DNA of 64,000 bases from Proteiniphilum sp. (GTDB taxonomy: Bacteria; Bacteroidota; Bacteroidia; Bacteroidales; Dysgonomonadaceae). Location of the stretch: the NCBI GenBank assembly GCA_018433945.1, contig JAHDQF010000013.1:9672-73671 (forward strand), given 5' to 3'. Shown here in pieces: positions 1 to 7,137 of the stretch. How positions within the stretch are numbered: position 1 is the first letter of the stretch; every line of letters starts with the position of its first letter. The notes below the pieces were generated by a model. The model worked only from the letters and a program-made list of their open reading frames with translations, did no database searches and was not told the origin of the DNA. A program made the position numbers and the translations under genes.

Positions 1-617
1 TTATGCTTATGAATGGTATGCCGCCAAATACAGCAGAGTATATTCAAGCAAGTAGTCGTGTTGCTCGTAAAAATGAGGGCGTTGTGTTTACACTTTTTGA
101 CCCAAATAATACAAGAGATTTATCTTACTTTGAAGACTTTGTGTCATTCCATAAAACATTCTATAAACAGGTTGAACCAATCAGTGTAACACCTTTTGCG
201 GAAAATGTTTTGGATAAATTACTTTTTACCTCTATGGTAACCTATTTTAGACATAAATTAGGATTCGCAGACAATAAAATGCCTTGTTCTTTAATTGAAA
301 ACAACAATAAACAACAACTTGAAAGTGAATTTTATACTATATTCAATACACATATTTTTGCTGATGAGGAAGATAAACAACTGATTATTACAAAAATTGA
401 AAATTTAATTCAACAGTGGGTGTCTAAAATACACGCAAGCCCTCCAACAAGTCATGATGGTGGTTTGTATTTCTATGGGGGCAAACAAGAAACTGAAAGA
501 AAGAAGAATTTGCTCAAACCTATCCAAGAAAAATCTAAAACAGATGATCTGTTAATTGGAATGCAATCTATGCGAAGCGTTGAGCCAAATGTAAGTATCA
601 AAATTAAAAGGTTTTAA
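1..617 (+). CDS. SF2 helicase-family protein, C-terminal fragment (5' end lies outside the window); DrmA-like by context
   Basis: The frame is open to the left window edge. The translation carries a helicase motif VI-like segment, YIQASSRVAR, followed by a tail of about 180 aa. The TAA stop at 615-617 lies 2 nt before the ATG of the next ORF. Composition is AT-rich, like its neighbours. Confidence 0.6.
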   Translation, partial: MLMNGMPPNTAEYIQASSRVARKNEGVVFTLFDPNNTRDLSYFEDFVSFHKTFYKQVEPISVTPFAENVLDKLLFTSMVTYFRHKLGFADNKMPCSLIENNNKQQLESEFYTIFNTHIFADEEDKQLIITKIENLIQQWVSKIHASPPTSHDGGLYFYGGKQETERKKNLLKPIQEKSKTDDLLIGMQSMRSVEPNVSIKIKRF

Positions 618-619
618 TT

Positions 620-2473
620 ATGGCAGAAAAAATAAATCACGGAAGAAGTAAACTTGTTTCAAGTTATGGCGGAGTTGGATCTGTTATTGATACGCCTGAT
701 GCTTCCATAATTATTGAAACATTTGATAATTGGGGCTATCCCAATTATTATGACAAAGAAATTAAAAAACATATCATTTTAGACGACCGTTTAATAAATC
801 GTTTGCGTTTTCGTTTCCCCAAATTAAAGCATTTAGTTTCAATCCCGGTAGAAGAAGATGATTGGAAAACTGACATACAACCTCAGGCAAACTATTTCCC
901 AAAATGGTTTTATTGCCCTCGCTGTAATAGATTTATGCCTCTAAAACAATGGAAAGAACATTGGCAAGGAAGAAAGGAATTTGACCTTCAATGTTTCAAT
1001 CCTGCATGTAAAGGCGAACATTTGGAACAAGTTCGTTTCGTAATGACATGCGATGACGGACATATTCAAGATTTACCTTGGGAATTTTGGAATAACCGCG
1101 AGCCAATAATTGATGATGATAATGAAGATGAAAGCAACGAAAACGACCAAGAACCAAAATCTAAAATAAAACTGAAATATGAAAAGTGCTGTTCCGAGCA
1201 AGAACTTTATTATAAGATAAGTAAGGAAAATACGGACTTATCTGGTATTCATATTGAGTGTAAAAAGTGTAAAAAATCCGCTACATTAAAAGGTATTTTT
1301 GGATTTTCTCAAAAATGTGGTGGAAGAAAATATTGGTTAGGTTTTCAAAACGGACAATATACAGGTGATGCTTGCGAACAAAGAGTTTCAGTGAAGATCA
1401 AGACAAGCAATAGCATATATTATGCCAATACATTAAGCAGTCTGTGGATTCCAGAAAAACAGATTTTGTATCTCTCACCAGAAGCGAGAATAGAAATTGA
1501 TGCTATCCTCAATGATGAAGATTTTGAGCAAAAAGATTTAGAAAAGTTTTCGAGACGGAGTGGAATTGCTATAGATATAATCAATCAGTATTTAGACGGC
1601 ACTATAGAGACTTATATTTCTGATGTAGTGTACCGCCAAGCCGAATATGATTATTTTTTGAACAAACAACAGCCCGAAGACAGAGTCATTAGGTTTAAAC
1701 AAATCAATGTAAAAGACCAAATGTATGGTTTTGAAAAGATAGTGAAAATTGACCGCTTGAAGAAAATTACAGTACAAACTTCCTTTACTCGCAATGCACC
1801 TATCGATACCGACAGTATTTTGATTAACGATAGTGGGTATGAATATCAAATTAAACGACAATCCGTTTCAAAAAATAGTTTTGAAACTCGTTTATTGCCG
1901 GCGGTTGAAAATTACGGAGAAGGAATTTTATTTGTTTTAGACGAGCAAAAACTCAAAGAATGGGAAAAAAATGATGTTATAACAGAAAGGATAAAATCTA
2001 TTCAAACTCACGCAGAAGATTCCGATTGGCAATTTCACAAAATTGAAGCAAAAAAACTTACCGCAAGGAAAATTCTAATTCATACGCTTTCTCACTTGCT
2101 TATTCGTGAATTTGAGTATGTTTGTGGTTATCCGATGTCTTCATTGCAAGAGCGACTATATGTAAGCGAAAGTATGAATGGCTTTTTGATTTCCGCTTAT
2201 GATGGAACTGACGGATATTTAGGAGGTTTGACAAAGCTATGCAATAACCTCGATAGATTACAACAGGTAATTGACAGTGCTTTGCAAAGAGCAAAAGATT
2301 GTTCCCTTGATCCTATTTGTTACGAAAGCGAAGGACAAGGTGTTGCTCAATTAAATTTAGCCGCTTGTCATTCTTGCACACTTGTCCCCGATACGAGTTG
2401 CGAAATGAGTAATTTGTTCTTAGATAGAAGATTGGTTATAGATAAAGATTTTGGCTATTTTAAAAATATATGA
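620..2473 (+). CDS. DUF1998 (MrfA-type Zn-binding domain) protein, DrmB-like
   Basis: 617-aa ORF. Cys clusters CPRCNRF...CFNPACKG and CKKCKK are present. The C-terminal block LIHTLSHLLIRE...ISAYDGTDGYLGG...LAACHSCTLVPDTSCEMSNLFLDRRL matches the DUF1998 signature as I remember it. It sits immediately downstream of the helicase tail. Confidence 0.72.
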   Translation: MAEKINHGRSKLVSSYGGVGSVIDTPDASIIIETFDNWGYPNYYDKEIKKHIILDDRLINRLRFRFPKLKHLVSIPVEEDDWKTDIQPQANYFPKWFYCPRCNRFMPLKQWKEHWQGRKEFDLQCFNPACKGEHLEQVRFVMTCDDGHIQDLPWEFWNNREPIIDDDNEDESNENDQEPKSKIKLKYEKCCSEQELYYKISKENTDLSGIHIECKKCKKSATLKGIFGFSQKCGGRKYWLGFQNGQYTGDACEQRVSVKIKTSNSIYYANTLSSLWIPEKQILYLSPEARIEIDAILNDEDFEQKDLEKFSRRSGIAIDIINQYLDGTIETYISDVVYRQAEYDYFLNKQQPEDRVIRFKQINVKDQMYGFEKIVKIDRLKKITVQTSFTRNAPIDTDSILINDSGYEYQIKRQSVSKNSFETRLLPAVENYGEGILFVLDEQKLKEWEKNDVITERIKSIQTHAEDSDWQFHKIEAKKLTARKILIHTLSHLLIREFEYVCGYPMSSLQERLYVSESMNGFLISAYDGTDGYLGGLTKLCNNLDRLQQVIDSALQRAKDCSLDPICYESEGQGVAQLNLAACHSCTLVPDTSCEMSNLFLDRRLVIDKDFGYFKNI

Positions 2474-2503
2474 TATGCCCGGAACCTAAAACAAAATACA
2501 AAA

Positions 2504-3487
2504 ATGCAAAACTTTTTCACATACAATCCGCTGTGGTACGATAAGATAGGGAAGATATATGCCCTATTGGAACGGGTCAAAATTTCGGAAGAGCAGTCGA
2601 AAGATGTATTGCATTTGCGGAGGACAAATCGTATTTTTTCCGTGGGTTCTACTACCGCTATCGAAGGGAATCGGCTCACGGTGCAACAGGTTTTCGATGT
2701 GATAAACGGGAAAACTGTTTTAGCGCCCCTGCACGACATTATGGAGGTACGGAACGCTTTTGCCACTTACGAACAAATTCCGGTGTTAGATCCTTATAGC
2801 GTTGCTGATTTTTTAAAAGCACACCGTCTTATTACCGAAAATCTTGTGCAGGAAGCAGGACAGTTTCGCACCGTTGGCGTTACAGTCGTAAACAGTAACG
2901 GAAAAATTTTACATTCGGGGGCTGATTATAAAGAAGTTCCACGTCTGATTGACGAGTTGTTCGAATGGAGTAAAACCACTGATGACCATGCTTTAATCAA
3001 AAGTTCGGCAATGCACTTTATGATAGAGCATATCCATCCTTTCCGCGATGGCAACGGACGAATTGGAAGGCTTTGGCAAACCCTCGTATTATCAAAGTGG
3101 AATCCGATTTTTGAATGGTTGCCGGTAGAAACAATGATTTATCATAATCAGGTAAAGTATTACGAAGTATTACAGCAGTCTCACATAAATAGAGTTGATT
3201 GTCAGCCTTTTATTGATTTCATGTTTGATATTATTGAAGATGCTATGTGCCAATACATCGATGACAATGGTGGTATAAATAGTGGTATATTTAGTGGATT
3301 AAAAGCAACTCAAAAAGAAATACTTACTTTGATTCGGGAAAATCCAAATATCAGGACTTATGAAATGGCGCAAAAGTTATCGAAACCCGTTCGTACAATC
3401 GAAAACAATTTAGGTCAATTAAAAGAAAAAGGAATCATTGTCCGCGTGGGCAGTAAAAAAACAGGTTATTGGCAAATAAACAAATAA
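2504..3487 (+). CDS. Fic/DOC family protein (class II, auto-inhibited) with C-terminal winged-HTH
   Basis: The Fic motif HPFRDGNGRIGR is at nt 3035-3070. TTAIEG at nt 2651-2668 fits the [ST]xxxE[GN] inhibitory-helix motif. A Gly-rich linker NGGINSGIFSG is followed by an HTH-like tail, RTYEMAQKLSKPVRTIENNLGQLKEKGIIVRVG. Confidence 0.9.
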   Translation: MQNFFTYNPLWYDKIGKIYALLERVKISEEQSKDVLHLRRTNRIFSVGSTTAIEGNRLTVQQVFDVINGKTVLAPLHDIMEVRNAFATYEQIPVLDPYSVADFLKAHRLITENLVQEAGQFRTVGVTVVNSNGKILHSGADYKEVPRLIDELFEWSKTTDDHALIKSSAMHFMIEHIHPFRDGNGRIGRLWQTLVLSKWNPIFEWLPVETMIYHNQVKYYEVLQQSHINRVDCQPFIDFMFDIIEDAMCQYIDDNGGINSGIFSGLKATQKEILTLIRENPNIRTYEMAQKLSKPVRTIENNLGQLKEKGIIVRVGSKKTGYWQINK

Positions 3488-3498
3488 TTTTCAACTTT

Positions 3499-3549
3499 CT
3501 TTTGCAGCTTTGCTCATTTGTAGTAACCGAACAGGGAGATCACCGTATA
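3499..3549 (-). pseudogene. Decayed duplicate of the pnuC 3' end (gene fragment)
   Basis: The reverse complement reads YTVISLFGYYK*AKLQK, against the real PnuC C-terminus YTVISLFGYFKWVKLAKE encoded at 3715-3766. About 43 of 52 positions are identical in a hand alignment. Confidence 0.6.
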
Positions 3550-3602
3550 ATCTTTCCGATTCATTATCTGTCATCTTTAAATATACGGCTCAAAGATATA
3601 TA

Positions 3603-3661
3603 AAATACGGCTCATATTTGGTTAAAAATGAGTGGAAAGTTGTGAAAAATGAGCCGTATTT
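3603..3661. repeat. Perfect 13-bp inverted repeat (AAATACGGCTCAT / ATGAGCCGTATTT) with 33-nt spacer
   Basis: The arms are at 3603-3615 and 3649-3661. A third partial copy, ATATACGGCTCA, is at 3581-3592. The element lies in the non-coding scar between the Fic gene and pnuC. Confidence 0.7.
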
Positions 3662-3706
3662 CACAATGGTGGTTTAAGTGGTGGTATAAATGGTGGTTTA
3701 TTTAGG

Positions 3707-4264
3707 TCAATTTTCCTTTGCCAGCTTTACCCATTTGAAGTAGCCGAACAAGGAGATTACCGTGTAGATGGCAAAAAGTATGGAAGTAGGGTAGAGCCCT
3801 TTCCATACATATAATCCGCAGGAAACAATATTCACTGCAAACCAGACCCACCACTGCTCGGCATGTTTTTGTGCCAGCATCCACATGCCCGTGATGCTCA
3901 GGGCGGTGGTGAAGCTGTCGCCCGCCGCCACCGGGCTGTCGGTGTAGCGGGTGAGGATCAGGTAGATGGCAGCAAAGAGCAGTGTCGTGATCAGCATGAG
4001 GGGAAGGATCAGTCTCCGTGGGGTGTGGATGATGGCCGTTTCTCCTTCCGTGCGGCCTCTGTTCCAGCGGATCCAGCCGTAGATGCTGGCGAAAAAGTAA
4101 TAGACATTGATCGCCATGTCGGCATAGAACCTGCTCCGGAAGAAGATCCAGATGTAGAGCACCGGCATCAGCACCCCCACCGGCCAGAGCCATCTGCTGG
4201 CCTTGTATTCAAGGTAGAGATAGAGCAGGCCGATCAGGGCGCCGATAATTTCAACGGTTTGCAT
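3707..4264 (-). CDS. pnuC: PnuC-family vitamin transporter (nicotinamide riboside/thiamine type; PnuT-like by riboswitch context)
   Basis: The translation MQTVEIIGALIGLLYLYLEYKASRWLWPVGVLMPVLYIWIFFRSRFYADMAINVYYFFASIYGWIRW is typical of PnuC. I chose the ATG at 4264; the ORF track extends to a GTG at 4303. Confidence 0.85.
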   Translation of the reverse strand: MQTVEIIGALIGLLYLYLEYKASRWLWPVGVLMPVLYIWIFFRSRFYADMAINVYYFFASIYGWIRWNRGRTEGETAIIHTPRRLILPLMLITTLLFAAIYLILTRYTDSPVAAGDSFTTALSITGMWMLAQKHAEQWWVWFAVNIVSCGLYVWKGLYPTSILFAIYTVISLFGYFKWVKLAKEN

Positions 4265-4304
4265 ACGTTTTTTAATTTGGGAGAAGGTATTTATTTCGAT
4301 CACT

Positions 4305-4420
4305 CAGCTTCTCTTCGGGGTACCCACCCGGTGCAACGAGCGTAATTTGATTTGCTGTCTGAGCGAAGTGAGTTTCAAATCAAATAGCGAGTAAACCGAC
4401 ATTGGGTCGAAGAGAAGCTG
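4305..4420. repeat. Nested perfect inverted repeats (13-bp outer, 10-bp inner) in the TonB-receptor/pnuC intercistronic region
   Basis: The outer arms are cagcttctcttcg at 4305-4317 and cgaagagaagctg at 4408-4420. The inner arms are atttgatttg at 4345-4354 and caaatcaaat at 4376-4385. Confidence 0.7.
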
Positions 4421-4454
4421 TAAATGAGAAATAAATACCTTGTTCATAGGGTGC

Positions 4455-6707
4455 TTAAAATGAGAGGGTGAGCCGTGCCATGTAATTGCGCGTGGCCTGC
4501 GGGTAGTAGCCTGTCCAGTTGAGGGAGCTGCCGTCGGCAAAGGTGTCGGTGGCTGCCCATCCGTTGGCCACGTATGCTTTGTTGAAGAGATTATGCACGA
4601 AAACCTGCAGGTTGAAGGTGCCGATGGGAGATTTTCTGAACTCATAACCGGCAGAGAGGTTGCTTACAAAATATGCGTCAATGGATTTCGCGTCGTCAGA
4701 GGTATTATCCATATACTGTTTGCTCACATATTTTCCCATCAGGTTCACGTAGAGAACCGATGTGGGCTGCCAGGTAATCGCCATGCTGCTTATCACCTCA
4801 GGAGAAAACGAAATATCGGTGGTCCCGTATTCTTTGGATATCTGTCCCTCCCAATTCCAATTATCCTGATTGTCATACTGGTCGAACCAGGCGGTATAAT
4901 TTTGGATCTTGTTCCGGCTGAAGGTAGCGTTGGCGTCCACCCGGATTCTGTTTTCCCACAGCGGCACAGCTGCTTCCAGTTCAAGCCCTGCGCGGTAACT
5001 CTCCTTCACGTTCTCCATCAGCTTGTAGCCCACATTGTTGAGTTTCCCTGTCTGCACCATCTGATTGTGATAATCCATGAAATAGAAGTTCGCACCCAGG
5101 TGGGTACCATTTTCAACGCTATAGCGGTATCCCAGTTCATAATCGATCATCCTTTCCGGTTGGATGGGATTCAGCGTCTCTCCTTTGATCCCGTCCTTGA
5201 GGTCGGTACGGAGCGGCTCACGCTGTCCCACAGCTGCTGAGGCATAGAGCCGGTTACGCTCGTTGAGGAGAAGAGAGACGCCTGCCTTGGGGTTCAAAAA
5301 ATTGTAGGTGAAATCACCTGTCAGATCCTTCAGGTCGTCGTCCAGACCGCTGAAACTGTAATCGATCCGCCGGTATTGCAAATCACCGAAGAGAGAGAGC
5401 CTCTCATTCAGCTGGTAATCTGCTTTTGTGAACAGGTTGACCTCCGCTTTTCTTCCCACATTGCGGTACCACTCATAGTTCCCGGCGATATTCTGATTGA
5501 ATTTCACCCACGGCAACCGCCCGAAGTGATCTCCGTCGTAGAAGCTGTACATTCCACCGAAAGTCAGTTTCAACCGGTTTCTTGTATAGTTGAGCGCGAT
5601 GTTTGCCACATAAAAATCATTTTCCATCAGCTTGCGGCGTATAAAATCACTGCTGTCGTAGGTTACCCCCTCCACCGTTTGAGCCGGCAGGCCAAAATCA
5701 GCAAAGTCGTCATCTTCCCGGTAATTCTCGTAATAGCCATATCCGTAATTGTAGCTGAGACCCGCGTTCAGAGAGAGATAGCGGTTCAGCTCCCTGGCGA
5801 GGGTCAACTGTACAATATCGGAGTAATAATTATCGGTCTCATTGTCGTAATAGAGCCGGTTGCCGGCTTCATCGAAATACTCCCCCGCTGGATTGTAACG
5901 GCGGCCATATTCCTCATCCTGCATCTGCTCTTCCGATACGCCTTCCCAGGTGATTCCCGTATGTTGTACCCCCTTCAGGTAGCTCAGCCGTATCAGCTGG
6001 TGATCGGTGTAGTGTGACAATGCGGCATAGAGGTTGGTGTGATCCACACTCCCGTTACGTACATAGCCATCGCCCAAAACACGCGAATAACGGGCATCGA
6101 ACGAAAGTCCGTTCTCTAAAATTCCCGTTCCGGCGGCAATATTCGACAGGAAGGTGCCATAGCTGCCCACCGCGGTGGATGCTTCGCCATATGCCCCGGA
6201 GCGGGCACCGGCAGTCTGCAGGGAGATGCTGGCTCCGAAGGCGCCCGATCCGTTGGTGGAAGTGCCCACGCCGCGTTGTATCTGAATATTTTGCAGTGAG
6301 GCGGAGAGGTCGGGCAGGTTCACCCAGAACACTTCCTGGCTCTCGGGGTTATTCAGCGGCATCCCGTTCAGTGTCACGTTGATGCGGGTGGCATCGGTAC
6401 CGCGGATCCTGAAATAGGTGTTACCCACGCCCAGGCCATCCTCTGTAAAAGATACCAGCGAAGGGGTGGTCTGCAAGATAGCGGGGATGTTGCGTGCCGC
6501 ATTCTGTTTTTTGATCTCCGCAGAGGAGATATTGGAATAAGCGACGGGTGTCTGTGCACCGGCACGTGTGGCAGAGACGATCACCTCTTCCAGCCGGATG
6601 TTGTTGATGCTGTCGCCGTGCGCAGCATCTGCCTGCGCCATTGTCTGAAATGCTGTTGCTGAGAAAAATGTCAGCAGCATTGAAAAGAATACCTTTTTCA
6701 TTTGCAA
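4455..6707 (-). CDS. TonB-dependent outer-membrane receptor (thiamine OMthi-like by context)
   Basis: 750-aa ORF with signal peptide MQMKKVFFSMLLTFFSATAFQTMAQA. A plug region (LEEVIVSATR...) is present, and the barrel ends in ...RLTLSF with a terminal aromatic residue. A TPP riboswitch lies directly upstream. Confidence 0.88.
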   Translation of the reverse strand: MQMKKVFFSMLLTFFSATAFQTMAQADAAHGDSINNIRLEEVIVSATRAGAQTPVAYSNISSAEIKKQNAARNIPAILQTTPSLVSFTEDGLGVGNTYFRIRGTDATRINVTLNGMPLNNPESQEVFWVNLPDLSASLQNIQIQRGVGTSTNGSGAFGASISLQTAGARSGAYGEASTAVGSYGTFLSNIAAGTGILENGLSFDARYSRVLGDGYVRNGSVDHTNLYAALSHYTDHQLIRLSYLKGVQHTGITWEGVSEEQMQDEEYGRRYNPAGEYFDEAGNRLYYDNETDNYYSDIVQLTLARELNRYLSLNAGLSYNYGYGYYENYREDDDFADFGLPAQTVEGVTYDSSDFIRRKLMENDFYVANIALNYTRNRLKLTFGGMYSFYDGDHFGRLPWVKFNQNIAGNYEWYRNVGRKAEVNLFTKADYQLNERLSLFGDLQYRRIDYSFSGLDDDLKDLTGDFTYNFLNPKAGVSLLLNERNRLYASAAVGQREPLRTDLKDGIKGETLNPIQPERMIDYELGYRYSVENGTHLGANFYFMDYHNQMVQTGKLNNVGYKLMENVKESYRAGLELEAAVPLWENRIRVDANATFSRNKIQNYTAWFDQYDNQDNWNWEGQISKEYGTTDISFSPEVISSMAITWQPTSVLYVNLMGKYVSKQYMDNTSDDAKSIDAYFVSNLSAGYEFRKSPIGTFNLQVFVHNLFNKAYVANGWAATDTFADGSSLNWTGYYPQATRNYMARLTLSF

Positions 6708-6821
6708 TAAAATTTAGGATGAGCATGCCTTGTGGCTGCTTCATCATGTTAGTGAAATAAAAAAGGGGATTTGTGTAAGATGGATACCTGTGGAAGAGCA
6801 CCGGGATGTGTACTGCTTCCT

Positions 6822-6895
6822 TTCCCTCCGCCGGCATTATCCGGATCAGGTGATATGGGTATGATCTCAGCCCGTTCTGTTGGGGCACCCCTGTT
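6822..6895 (-). ncRNA. TPP (THI-box) riboswitch aptamer
   Basis: The reverse complement reads GGGGUGCCCCAACAGAACGGGCUGAGAUCAUACCCAUAUCACCUGAUCCGGAUAAUGCCGGCGGAGGGAA. This contains the conserved CUGAGA and ACCUGAUCNGGAUAAUGCCNGCG blocks of the thiM-type aptamer. Confidence 0.92.
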
Positions 6896-6906
6896 GTTTG
6901 AGGAAA

Positions 6907-6914
6907 CAAAGATA
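6907..6914 (-). promoter_or_regulatory. Bacteroidetes -7 box (TATCTTTG) for the riboswitch/TonB-receptor transcript
   Basis: The sequence matches TAnnTTTG on the minus strand, about 12 nt upstream of the aptamer 5' end. Confidence 0.5.
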
Positions 6915-7137
6915 GGTTCTTTTTGTTCAAATTCCTTCACACACCCGTAAAAAATAGATGCAAATGCTGTTTTCTCTCGATTTATTTGTAATTTCGTTTG
7001 CCGTTAAACGGTTGCTTCAAAAGAGGATCTAACAGGATATGAGTGACGAAGAAAAAATGATTGCCGACGAGCAGATGATTGAATAGGAGTTTCAGGGGCT
7101 CCTTCAGGATTATCTCAACTCGAATCACCGGCGGAAG

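Larger units (their letters stand above)
1..3706. other. Right end of an AT-rich, probably horizontally acquired island (defence-type genes)
   Basis: Hand GC counts on sample 60-nt lines give 25-40% here, against 52-62% from pnuC onward. The change occurs at about 3.7 kb, where a pnuC 3'-end duplicate and other repeats lie. Confidence 0.55.

Noticed and set aside
4455-6707. TonB-dependent receptor as part of a polysaccharide utilisation locus
   Set aside because: There is no adjacent SusD-like gene, glycoside hydrolase or regulator. The TPP riboswitch and the PnuC partner indicate vitamin uptake instead.
6421-6930. 169-aa and 63-aa ORFs overlapping the TonB-receptor 5' end and its leader
   Set aside because: The region is explained by the TPP riboswitch and the receptor signal peptide, and the ORFs run through the conserved aptamer.
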